This document shows positions 1 through 11,050 of a DNA stretch of 64,000 nucleotides, piece by piece (the first letter of the stretch is position 1; each line of letters begins with the position of its first letter). A program made the position numbers and the translations under genes. The notes beneath the pieces were generated by a model, which had not been told where the DNA came from, did not search any database, and saw nothing but the letters and a program-made list of their open reading frames with translations. Source of the DNA: Eledone cirrhosa (taxonomy: Eukaryota); NCBI GenBank assembly GCA_964016885.1, contig OZ024750.1:36766001-36830000 (forward strand). The letters run 5' to 3'.

Positions 1-228
1 TTCAATATTCCTTGTCTGGCTTTGTGGGGAATAGAGGAAAGGTGTTTCCTCAAAAACCAGTATGACTCTAAAAACCGGTTTGTCTGTGTGTTTACATACA
101 GAATAGCTGGCCACTCACAGTAAAGTGACCAGGGAAAAAACTTGGTACATCTACATATGTATACGTGTGTGTATTCATATACATACTAGTATTTCAGTAT
201 ACATATATGGATGTACATCTTTAACTTA

Positions 229-482
<254 letters not shown>

Positions 483-1142
483 CGCACACATTCCAATTAG
501 TTTTAAACACTGTGGGCAATATAATACAGAAATAGCTATAGTTTATCATGATAATTATCAAGCTAATAACCAGTTATACTAATGATATCACAACCAATCA
601 TTGTTTATTTGATGATATACAATTATTTTATATATCTGCCATGATGCTTCTGAGTAACATTATTTATTCCTAGACTTTATATGGTAAATTGTTTACTGTA
701 GTATAGTTAGATAAAAAAAAAAATAGGCAACAAGAAGATACAGCAATATTTTCTGAAAAATCTTTGTATCAAATAACAGTAGTCGTTTGATTTCTTTTAT
801 TTTATTTTTTTTTTTGGTTTGCCAGTAAACCTCATAAATAGAAGGCATTGGTTTTCTAAACTAAAGCTAAGTTAAAACATATTTATGCCTCTAGAAATTA
901 CAAATCTAGAAAAAAATAATATAAGCTTCTGACATAACTTTAATAATATAAACTTCAGACTTCATTTCATGGTTGTTAATGATGGTTATTGCAATATAGA
1001 AAAGTAAAACTTCTTTCCTATAGCAAACAAACAACCAAGCAACTACAAAACAAGCTATCAATACCACAAACAGTCTTGGACAGATTGTGTCCATCATTCT
1101 ACCATAATTATTCTAATAATCAGTGTTAATGTATCAGCTTGG

Positions 1143-1420
1143 AATCATCATCATCATCTTCATTTAACGTCCATCTTCCACGCTAGCAAGGGTTAGACGG
1201 GAGTTGTCCCACTTGCGGCAAGGTTGGTCGGGTGACCATGTCTCATTCATATAGGACTGTCTGGCAGGTTTTCTACAGCTGGATGCCCTTCCTAACACCA
1301 ACCATATTTACAGTGTGGAACTGGGAACTTCTTACCGTGTTACCTACACGGCAACATTACAGCGTGGACTGTGGGTTTTTTTTTTTTTTGTGACACCTAC
1401 ACGATCTCGATCTCATTATA
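1143..1420 (-). mobile_element. RTE LINE 3' UTR fragment with (GAT)n tail
   Basis: Reverse complement of 14210-14470; shared GTTGGTGTTAGGAAGGGCATCCAGC block and ACGTTAAATGA(TGA)n end. Confidence 0.85.
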
Positions 1421-1699
1421 TTTTTATTAATTATATTTTCATGTTAAAAAAGTAATCGTTTTGCAAGATCTTTCACATAAACATTGAAAATACATAAGAT
1501 TAAATCTATATCAGATGAAATGCTGACTATGGGAAAAAAAAATTTATTCTAAGATATATATATCTACAGTAAAGCAAGAAAATGCTTCTAAAAGAGATTT
1601 TTCAACAGATAACCTTATATATATTTTATTTTAATGCATACCAATACAAGCCTAAGCTTGTAAAAATGGACAATATATATATATATATATATATATATG

Positions 1700-2258
1700 T
1701 ATAAAAAAGTGAAGGGCAATAAAGATAGATGGTAGCCACGGAGTAGGCAGACCCAGAAAAACCTGGGACGACCTGATAAATTCCGACCTCACACATTTAC
1801 ACCTCTCCAAGACAATGTCACTGGACCGAGATCTTTGGCGGTACTCAGTAATAGAGAAGACCCGCCTTGCCTAAATACAAAGTAAACCTACTACAGTCAG
1901 TAGGCATCTCTAACAAAATACGCCCCCGTCACACCACCCCCACCCAATTCACACCGCCCCTTTCAATGTAAAGTTACGTTGGTGCCACAACATCCAGGCC
2001 GAAACAAATGAGATCGTGTAGGTGTCACGACAAAAAAACACACAGCCCACGCTGTAATGTGGACGTGTAGGCAACACGGTAAAAACCTCCCAGCCCCACA
2101 CTGTAAATGTGGTTGGTGTTAGGAAGGGCATCCAACTGTAGAAAACCCGCCAGACAGTCCTATGCGAGCAAGACAACCACTCTTGCCTCAAGTGGGAAAA
2201 CTCCCGTCCAAACCCATTTAAGCGTGGAACATGGACGTTAAACGACGATGATGATGAT
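1700..2258 (+). mobile_element. 5'-truncated RTE LINE (ORF C-terminus + 3' UTR)
   Basis: Encodes IDGSHGVGRPRKTWDDLINSDLTHLHLSKTMSLDRDLWR (GRPRKTW...DR..WR is a typical RTE C-terminus); ends in (GAT)n. Confidence 0.9.
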
Positions 2259-2389
2259 ATATATATATGTATATACAAATAAATAAATATATATATACAT
2301 ATATATATACAAATAAATATATATATATACAAATAAATATATCAAAATAAAGATCCGAAGGCATGGTATAAATTTCCAATCATTTTAAC

Positions 2390-2461
2390 CACGACACATG
2401 TTTCAATAAGAGATAGATCGATCGTGTAGCCATGATCGATTGACACTGATCTCGTCAGGTG
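2390..2461 (-). ncRNA. Type I hammerhead ribozyme motif with long stem II
   Basis: Minus strand: CAC-CTGACGA-GAT..(internal ATCGATC/GATCGAT hairpin)..ATT-GAAAC-ATGT-GTC-GTG; palindromic stem III ACATGT, GUC triplet. Confidence 0.7.
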
Positions 2462-2515
2462 AAAATGAATTGTCTTCAAATCCTTGATATGAGGGAGAAA
2501 ATTAACGGTGTTCAG

Positions 2516-2557
2516 TCACAGAGTTTAGTCCCTCATATGAGGGACTAAACTCTGTGA
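2516..2557. repeat. Perfect 42-bp palindrome (foldback) next to (TA)n
   Basis: TCACAGAGTTTAGTCCCTCAT|ATGAGGGACTAAACTCTGTGA. Confidence 0.95.
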
Positions 2558-2561
2558 TTTA

Positions 2562-2609
<48 letters not shown>

Positions 2610-2685
2610 AATATATATATATATAAGGGATAAAGATGAAATTGAAAATGCAACTGGAGTCTTTTTTAAAATATTTATTTGGTTC

Positions 2686-2721
2686 CTTTACCGGTTTCGC
2701 AGTTCTTGTGCTTTTCAAAAG
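2686..2721 (-). ncRNA. Minimal type I hammerhead, U3-A8 core variant
   Basis: Minus strand: CTT-TTGAAAA-GCA-caagaac-TGC-GAAAC-CG-GTA-AAG; stems I and II, palindromic ACCGGT stem III and GUA triplet all present. Confidence 0.75.
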
Positions 2722-2915
2722 TAGAATTGAGATGGAAGGTTTGTGGTTTTTGTCGCATCAAATGCGAGAAAAACCACAAACATATATATATATACATATA
2801 TATGTATATATATATAAATATATATATATAATATATATATATAACCAAAAGTTTATATGGTTCGTTGTTTATTCAACACCCTCTGGTGATGTGCAGCAGA
2901 AGTAAGGGGGACAAC

Positions 2916-2956
2916 CGTCTAAGCAAATTCAGCCTTAACTGGCCTTCGTCAGGACG
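2916..2956 (-). ncRNA. Degenerate type I hammerhead motif
   Basis: Minus strand: CGTC-CTGACGA-AGGCC-agttaa-GGCT-GAAT-ttgct-TA-GACG; 4-bp stem I, but GAAA is altered to GAAT. Confidence 0.55.
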
Positions 2957-3359
2957 ATCCCTCCCACCGCTTGCGACTGCTGGACTAGAAGACAGCCGAG
3001 AATATATAGTTTTCTCGTCTGTGTAAATGAGGTGATTAATCTCATTTGCATATGAAGCTGCATAAGTTGGCTCAACTTATAATAGAAAATGCATAGACGG
3101 TTGTCCACATTGCTTCTGCTGGACATCACCAGAGGGCGTAACCCCCCCCCCCTGGTGTTTGCATAACTATAGCTTCCTAAAACCATATTTCTTTGGAGAT
3201 ATGAAATATTTATATATATACAAATAAATATATATATATATACAAATATACATATATATATGTATGTAGAGGTTATATTTAATTTGTTGGGATACAACAA
3301 GAAAATTTCCATTTGTTAATATATTGTATATATATATGTATATATATAAATATATAAAT

Positions 3360-3550
3360 ATCTGGTTCCTATAGCAGAATCAGTAGAGGGGCTGGAGAAT
3401 AAATTCTGGCTATGGAAACAGCAGTTGGAATGAAGCGGACTGAGAGTGAATCTAGCTAAGACAAAAGTGTTGATGAGTAGAAAAGAGGACAAAACTCTGA
3501 TTCCGTCCAGGAAATGGCCATGTTCGATATGCATAAAAGGAACTGGCATC
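3360..3550 (+). pseudogene. RTE LINE reverse transcriptase fragment
   Basis: IAESVEGLENKFWLWKQQLE*SGLRVNLAKTKVLM...KWPCSIC; lacks the rest of the ORF and has an in-frame stop. Confidence 0.85.
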
Positions 3551-4498
3551 CGTTGCTTTCAGCAGGATCACTTTCGAAAAATTCCCACTGTACCTCTATA
3601 TTGCACGTCTCTAATTGCTCTTCCTTATTGTCAAAGGCATCAAGTAATAAGCTTTTAAATTTGTCACTGGCTATGGGGTCCTTCAACTTACATATTCTTC
3701 TCCTGAAGGTAGTCCTCCGCTGTCGTCGAGTACGTCTATTCCTGACTATGAGGTCACTAACTACTAGGCTATGTTGGGAGGTGCATTCTTCACGGGGGAG
3801 GGATTTAGTGTTTACAACAGACACTTTGTCACGTCTTCTAGTAAGGATATAATCTATCTGGCTGGCGTGTTCCCCTGATCTATAGGTGAACAATTGGTTT
3901 TCTCGTTTTTTGAAGTTTGTGTTACAGATAGTTAGGTTATTAGCTTCACAGAATTCCAGGATTCTGAAGCCTTCCTCATTTCTATTTCCAAAGCCATACC
4001 CTCCATGGATTCCATCATAGCCATCACTATGTTGTCCAACGTGACTGTTTAGTTTGCCAGCAATAATTAAGTAGTCGCTGTCGGTTATTTGGGAGGTGGT
4101 ATGCATTAGCGTCTCATAGAACCTGTCCTTTATAATGTCAGGTAGACCAGATTGGGGTGCATAAGCAGATGTTATTGTCACAGTAGTTCTATTTAGAACT
4201 AGTCTTATTTTAATTATTCTGTCATTCACTCTATTTACGTCAATTACCTTATCTACCCATTTTTTAGCTAACGTAATTCTTACACCACCCAGTCCGTTGT
4301 CATTTCCCACCCAGAAAAGTTTACAGCATCGTTTTTTACCCACAATGAATCTGGCAGACCCATCTCTCCACCTAGTCTTGAACACAACAAACATCAACTT
4401 CTTTATGTTCAAGCATCTCTACAACCTCATTTGAGCGACCTTTCAATGTGCCTACGTTCACGGTACCAACTCTGAAGTTGGGAGGGTGGGATGGATGG
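3551..4498 (-). pseudogene. RTE LINE apurinic-like endonuclease fragment
   Basis: ORF 3456..4412 has SAYAPQ, G.LNSHVG, GYGFGNRNEEG, NTNFKK and QIDYIL motifs; joined in inverted orientation to the RT piece. Confidence 0.92.
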
Positions 4499-4681
4499 GT
4501 TATATATATATATATACAAATAAATATATATTACAATTGGTTTTCAAGCTATTGCCAAAGCATTGTGACATTAAATTTAGGTGTGATTTAAAAGCTGAAC
4601 AATGTATGATGAAAATATATGTAAAACATATTTGTGACTGATGTTGCTCTGACACAACAACTACTCCTATTAATAATAATA

Positions 4682-4971
4682 ATTGTTTCTACTTTTGGCA
4701 CAAGGCCAGCAATTATCCCAGTGTATTACTGGTACTTTATTTTATCGACCCCGTAAGGATGAAAGGCAAAGTTAACCTCAATAATAATGTTTCTACTTTT
4801 ACAGAAGGCCAGCATTTACTCCAGTGCATTACTGGTACTTTATTTTATCGCTCCGTAAGGATGAAAGGCAAAGTTAACCTCAGCATGATTTGAACTCAGA
4901 GCATAAAGGGCCATAACTCTATCTGCAAAGCATGGCGTCCGACCCTCTACTGATACTGCCAATCCACCGCC
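4682..4971 (-). mobile_element. SINE family A (tRNA-like head, Meta-type core, ATT tail): one partial plus one full copy
   Basis: Reverse complement of GAGTTCAAAT...GAGGTTAACTTTGCCTTTCATCCTTACGGGGTCGATAAAATAAAGTACCAG. Confidence 0.9.
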
Positions 4972-5379
4972 ATAGTAATCCAATAATAATACTACAATAG
5001 ATTTTTCTTCCGTTGTGGAAATGTATGTTATAAATTCTTCTGAAACCCTTAGTTGAATTATTACATCACTTACTGATATTTGAAGCACTTGAGGCCCTGC
5101 CATTGATGAAACGGCTCATTCGCAGCAGGTAGTTTTATCCACAATCAGAGATCTGCTGTCCGGCACTGACTGACTCTAATAGTCAGACTCTACTATCCCA
5201 TTAAGTATTCTGCTGAATAATGGTGTTACTAGATTAAAACTGGTAAAATCCTGATCTCTTCCTCTATATATATATATGAAATTTATTATACTTATTCACC
5301 AACCAACTAAATTACTTCTCTAAAAACCTAGCATTTCGAGCCACTTTTTTCCATATGAAACAGAAGTAACATTCAAAAC

Positions 5380-5595
5380 ACCAACCAGATGTGAGAAAAA
5401 CCACAAACCCTCCATCTCAATTCTTCTTTTGAAAAGCAGAACTGCAAAACCGGTAAAGGGACCAAGTAAATATATATTGTTATAAAAATAAGACTCCAGT
5501 TGCATTTTCGATTTCATCTTTTTTTCTTATACTTTCATTCGTGTAGGACATCTCGTTTTTTTTTTCATTTTGTAAAACATCACTTTCTAACAATA
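5380..5595 (+). mobile_element. 3' end of hammerhead-bearing Penelope-like family (same as 2625-2780, 23550-23650, 63630-63860)
   Basis: Hammerhead 5426-5458 CTT-TTGAAAA-GCA-gaac-TGC-AAAAC-CG-GTA-AAG (G12>A), then AT-rich tail running into (TA)n. Confidence 0.7.
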
Positions 5596-5835
5596 TATAT
5601 ATATATATATAAATTAAAGTATAGAAATTGTTGTGAGCGTGAAGCCAACAATATTTCATAATATATAAGTGACTATAACGTCAAAATGGAAAAATAGTTA
5701 ACGTAAGATGTGGGAAAATAATTCAAACTCAATTAAAAAAAAATCAAGACAGATTAATCCATAGAATTTTGTGAAATCCAGGGAAAAATCAATAGAGCCT
5801 TAACTCAGAATAAAATAAAGCTTAAATACTCATCC

Positions 5836-5896
5836 TATATTATATATATATTATATATATTATATATATATATATATTATATATATTATATATATA

Positions 5897-5937
<41 letters not shown>

Positions 5938-5985
5938 TATATATATATATATATTATATATTATACATATATTATATATATATAA

Positions 5986-6028
<43 letters not shown>

Positions 6029-6095
6029 ATATATTATATATTATACATATATTATATATATATAATATATATTATATATATATATATAATATATA
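5836..6095. repeat. Degenerate (TA)n tract
   Basis: Direct reading. Confidence 0.97.
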
Positions 6096-6098
6096 AAA

Positions 6099-6279
6099 CG
6101 GTGGATTGGCAGTATCAGTGGAGGGTCGGACGCCATGCTTTCCAGCATAGTTACGTCCCTTTACGATCTAAGTGCAAATCTCGCCGAGGTTGACTTTGCC
6201 TTTCATCCTTACGGGGTCGATAAAATAAAGTACCAGTAATGCACTGGATAATTGCTGGCCTTGTGCCTAAAGTAGAAAC

Positions 6280-6284
<5 letters not shown>
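6099..6284 (+). mobile_element. SINE family A full copy
   Basis: GGTGGATTGGCAGTATC...GTAGAAACAATT. Confidence 0.92.
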
Positions 6285-6364
<80 letters not shown>

Positions 6365-6366
6365 GC

Positions 6367-7100
6367 GAGTCCTATGCGAGCAAGACAACCACTCTTGCCT
6401 CAAGTGGGAAAACCCCCGTCCAAACCCATGCAAGCGTGGAACACGGACGCTAAACCTGATGATGATGATGATGATATATATGATGATATATATATATTAT
6501 ACACGTGATGCGCATGAAAGTCGATAGCTGTATAACAAAGTGCAGGGCAATAAAGATAGACGGTAGCCACGGAATAGGCAGACCTAGAAAAACCTGGGAC
6601 GAGCTGATAAACTCCGACATCACACACTTACACCTCTCCAAGACAATGTCACTGGACCGAGACCTTTGGCGGTACTCAGTAACAGAGAAGACCCGCCTTA
6701 CCTAAATATATAGTAAAACCTACTCCAACCAGTAGGCATCTCTAACAAAATACACCCCGTCCCACCACCACCACCCCCACCCCATCCACACCACCCCGTT
6801 CTATGTAAAGTTATGTTGGTGCCGCGCCATAGGCCGAAACAAATGAGATCGTGTAGGTGTCACGACAAAAAAACACACAGTCCACGCTGTAATGTGGCCG
6901 TGTAGGCAACACGGTAAAAACCTCCCAGACCCACACTGTAAATGTGGTTGGTGTTAGGAAGGGCATCCAACTGTAGAAAACCTGCCAGACAGTCCTATGC
7001 GAGCAAGACAATCACTCTTGCCTCAAGTGGGACTACCCCCGTCCAAACCCATGCAAGCGTGGAACACGGACGTTAAACATTGATGATGATGATGATGATG

Positions 7101-7101
<1 letters not shown>
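6367..7101 (+). mobile_element. RTE LINE 3' pieces (short tail 6367-6475, longer copy 6500-7101)
   Basis: GRPRKTWDELINSDI ORF and 3' UTR matching 1700-2258; (GAT)n tails. Confidence 0.9.
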
Positions 7102-7131
<30 letters not shown>

Positions 7132-7217
7132 ATATATAATATATGCATAATATATATATATTATATATATATATTATATATATATATTATACATATATTA
7201 TATATATATATATATAC

Positions 7218-7427
7218 TATTCCACATCACAGCACACAGATTGATGTGAAACTCCTTACCCCCAATCCCTCTCCACTATCACACTAACTGACTGTATTTC
7301 ATTCTATTTTTCAACAGCTAGATCTAACTGTTGAAAAATAGAATGAAATACAGTCAGTTAGTGTGATAGTGGAGAGGGATTGGGGGTAAGGAGTTTCACA
7401 TCAATCTGTGTGCTGTGATGTGGAATA
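7218..7427. repeat. Foldback palindrome, 105-bp arms, no spacer
   Basis: TATTCCACATCAC...CAGCTAGA|TCTAACTG...GTGATGTGGAATA, one mismatch seen near the centre; starts at the edge of a (TA)n tract. Confidence 0.95.
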
Positions 7428-8361
7428 ATTGTTCTTTAACCATCGCTATAGGTGAAGGTTTTGATGTTTACCATATATGGTCAAGAGGGTAGAGAAGGTA
7501 TATATATATTTATTTGCAGATAGATGGATAATATAAAGATAGACAGACCGACAGGTGGACGGGTGTTAGGATATATGCACGCAGACACAAATATTCTTCT
7601 GCGTTGGGGAATAATTTGTATCTGTGTAACTGAGTAAATCTATGTTCTTGTAAACACGAAATTGCTGAAGATAAAATGTTAAGGTGGGGAGAAGAGAGGA
7701 TGATACATAACCTGAGACTTAATGTCTTTCATTATGAAAGAAAACAAATTTAATAATAAACGCATTTTTCTTTCTTACACACAAATGTAAAAAACCCCAA
7801 CAAAACCTAATCAATAATATGGAAGTATCTGGAATACATTGTGAATGTTTTGATATTGCATCTGGAAGATTCCTAAGTCTTCTACAATATTCCTTTTAGA
7901 ACCTCCACCACCACCACCTCCTCCTCCTCCTCTAACTGCAGCCCCCCCCCCATTTTACTCTTTCTGTTAGTATGTATTTGTTATATTTTACTTCTCATCA
8001 GATATAGCCTTGAGAGTAGATGGGATTAGATAACTTGTGTTCTTATGAGTTATGCAGGACCGAGATAATAGTGCCACTAGTATAATAGTGTGGAATGTCT
8101 TAATTACATATCTTTCATGGCTAGAGGTGAGAAATAAAATATTAACATAGCTGAAGTGTACAGAACCCCTGCTCAGTTACATGAATCAAGACAGAATATC
8201 TATAGAATTAATCAGTTTTGGATGACAAAAAGGTTATTTCCAACTCCTTCTGGTTAGGCTATTATGTGTAAGAGACAGATTAATAAAAGTGTTCATGTAT
8301 TTAAACACACTACTTAATAGGATTATATGTATATGTTTACATGTATGTATATATATATATT

Positions 8362-8714
8362 ATCATCATCAATTTATTTTATGTCTGCTTTTCCCTGCTT
8401 GCAAGGAACTGATTCTGGCTTGATTTCTACAGCTGGATGCCCTTCCTAACACCAGCCTCATTTACAGTGACGCCTACACGTCCACTTTACAGTGTGGGCT
8501 GGGTGTTTTTTTGCTTTGGCACTTCCACAACCACTTTGCAGTGGAATGATATGGACCCCAGCCCCTATCATCTCATTTCTACAGCTGAGTGAACTGGAGC
8601 AATGTGAAATAAAGTGTCTTGCTCAAGGAAACAACACATCACCCGGTCTGAGAATTGAACTCACAACCTTTCGATTGCAAGGCCAATGCTCTAACCACTA
8701 ACCCGTGTGCCTTC
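8362..8714 (-). mobile_element. SINE family B (tRNA head, CCTTGAGCAAGACACT core, RTE-derived tail)
   Basis: Reverse complement of 27821-28148. Confidence 0.92.
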
Positions 8715-8737
8715 GTAATATATATGTATATATATCT

Positions 8738-8767
<30 letters not shown>

Positions 8768-8775
<8 letters not shown>

Positions 8776-9120
8776 GAAAATAACAGATTAAAGTTTAAGC
8801 AAAGAATCGCTGCTTTCACCCTTAACGGGATCTTCTGAAACTAAAAAAGTCAATCTGTGAACGCAGAAGTAAATATTTCAAAAAACGTTCTTCCTGTCTT
8901 CCTCCGGTTGCAACGTTTTTTGAAATATTTACTTCTGCGTTCACAGATTGACTCTTTTTAGTTTCAGAAGATCCCTTTAAGGGTGAAAGTAGCGATTCTT
9001 TGCTTAAACTTTAATCTGTTATTTTCATAAATATTTGCTCTACGGTTCTTATATATTTGATATATATTTATCCTTATCGACCCCTCTTTGGATTTTACTC
9101 TTCAAATTTATTATTATTAC
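8768..9120 (+). mobile_element. (TA)n-embedded element 3' end with ~122-bp foldback (8768-8889 / 8912-9034)
   Basis: Near-perfect inverted arms with 22-nt loop; family also at 36990-37100 and 63885-63952, all ending ATTTATTATTATTAC(TA)n. Confidence 0.8.
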
Positions 9121-9276
9121 TATATATATATATGTTCTTCTGGTTTTATAATTTCACAAATGTTTACTAATAGAGAGAGAGAGTATGTATGTATGTGGTG
9201 TTTCAACAGCTATTTCTGAGTTGTCCAGAAATAGCCGTCGAAACGGCTTGAGCTCTGCCGTCAAGGTCTTGAACAT

Positions 9277-9335
<59 letters not shown>

Positions 9336-9566
9336 GAAACACACAGATACATGCGGACACACACATATATACATGAATGCATCCGCACCCAACTGTGAGT
9401 TAAGGGTGCCAACTTCACCGATGTTGCTCAATGAATGACTGGGACAGACCAATTCAGTTTGAACCAGACTGAACCAGTATCAGAGTTAAAAATACATTAT
9501 GAAGAGAGAAGAAACATTTAGATATAATTAGTAATAAAATGTATCATACCTAAACTGCTCCTAAAT

Positions 9567-9654
9567 TCCTCGACTACGTAGTTTCGTGGCATAAACAAAA
9601 ACAATATATCAAAGATATAGAGTCCTTGCGAGGTCTGCCAACTTATCAAGAGGA
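9567..9654 (-). ncRNA. Type I hammerhead, U3-A8 variant (mirror copy)
   Basis: Reverse complement of 10427-10514. Confidence 0.8.
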
Positions 9655-10426
9655 TACCTCATTTTACTAGTCTCAAGAACGCGTCTACACGACGTGAGAA
9701 AGAATCCCAAAAGGCGGAGGGGGAGATAGTCACGCGATATAACGGTCGAGAAACAGAGCTAAGCCTCTTATAACCACGAAGAAAATACCACGGAGGCGGA
9801 GGGGGTATTCATATCGAGGCCGTAGAAGAGGTAGTGAAGAAGGCGAGAAGTATGAGTAATGGAAGCTTTCCAGTTGTCCCCACACTTCAAAGATTGCTCG
9901 ACCAGAGGGAGTTATTAATATATTTAGAAACACACAGATACATGCGGACACACACATATATACATGAATGCATCCGCACCCAACTGTGAGTTAAGGGTGC
10001 CAACTTCACCAATGTTGCTCAATGAATGACTGGGACAGACCAATTCAGTTTGAACCAGACTGAACCAGTATCAGAGTTTGGCACCCTTAACTCACAGTTG
10101 GGTGCGGATGCATTCATGTATATATGTGTGTGTCCGCATGTATCTGTGTGTTTCTAAATATATTAATAACTCCCTCTGGTCGAGCAATCTTTGAAGTGTG
10201 GGGACAACTGGAAAGCTTCCATTACTCATACTTCTCGCCTTCTTCACTACCTCTTCTACGGCCTCGATATGAATACCCCCTCCGCCTCCGTGGTATTTTC
10301 TTCGTGGTTATAAGAGGCTTAACTCTGTTTCTCGACCGTTATATCGCGTGACTATCTCCCCCTCCGCCTTTTGGGATTCTTTCTCACGTCGTGTAGACGC
10401 GTTCTTGAGAATAGTAAAATGAGGTA

Positions 10427-10514
10427 TCCTCTTGATAAGTTGGCAGACCTCGCAAGGACTCTATATCTTTGATATATTGTTTTTGTTTATGCCACGAAAC
10501 TACGTAGTCGAGGA
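10427..10514 (+). ncRNA. Type I hammerhead, U3-A8 variant, extended stem II
   Basis: TCCTC-TTGATAA-GTTGGCA..TGCCAC-GAAAC-TACGTA-GTC-GAGGA; 5-bp stem I, G10.1-C11.1 pair, palindromic stem III ACTACGTAGT, GUC site at 10507-10509. Confidence 0.82.
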
Positions 10515-10583
10515 ATTTAGGAGCAGTTTAGGTATGATACATTTTATTACTAATTATATCTAAATGTTTCTTCTCTCTTCATA

Positions 10584-10648
<65 letters not shown>

Positions 10649-10653
10649 TATAC

Positions 10654-10729
<76 letters not shown>

Positions 10730-10730
<1 letters not shown>

Positions 10731-10808
10731 AAGATGAAATAAAGATGGTTATAAGAGTTCCATATATTTTATTATTTGAATCTTATAACCATCTTTATTT
10801 CATCTTTA
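10730..10808. repeat. Foldback with ~28-bp arms next to (TA)n
   Basis: TAAAGATGAAATAAAGATGGTTATAAGA ... TCTTATAACCATCTTTATTTCATCTTTA. Confidence 0.9.
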
Positions 10809-10950
10809 TTATATATACTCCAGTTCTACCAACTGTTGAGTGCTACTTATCTGATATATGCATAGTTTTATTGTTCTAGAATATTACTCAACTTCTCTCT
10901 CTCTATATATATAGAGAGAGAGAGAAGAGAGAGAGAGTGAGAGAGAGAGA

Positions 10951-11050
10951 GAGTCAGAACCCTCAAGAGCTCAAGCCGTTTTGACAGCAATTTCTGGACT
11001 CAGAAATAGCTGTCGAAACAGCTTGAGCTCTGTTGTCAGGGTTCTGACTC
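10951..11050. repeat. Foldback of the GAAACRGCTTGAGCTCTGYYGTC family (also 9200-9270, 35633-35747)
   Basis: Inverted arms around ATTTCTG-gact-CAGAAAT. Confidence 0.85.

Larger units (their letters stand above)
9328..10590. mobile_element. Young Penelope-like/retrozyme-like insertion: a-b-a direct repeat plus inverted copy, in (TA)n
   Basis: 9331-9487 recurs at 9922-10078 (period 591); 10079-10590 is the reverse complement of ~9491-10002; (TA)n on both sides; hammerhead in each arm. Confidence 0.85.

Noticed and set aside
906-1097. Hydrophobic ORF resembling a final transmembrane helix (RMMDTICPRLFVVLIACFVVAWLF)
   Set aside because: Weak acceptor, T-rich composition explains hydrophobicity, no partner exons found
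5073-5103. Possible minus-strand start exon MAGPQVLQIS|GTAAGT
   Set aside because: Good donor but too short to support without transcript data
9491-10590. Assembly or amplification chimera as the cause of the inverted repeats
   Set aside because: Arms carry substitutions, divergence varies between loci and the same families invert at several loci; long reads are still needed for the two largest
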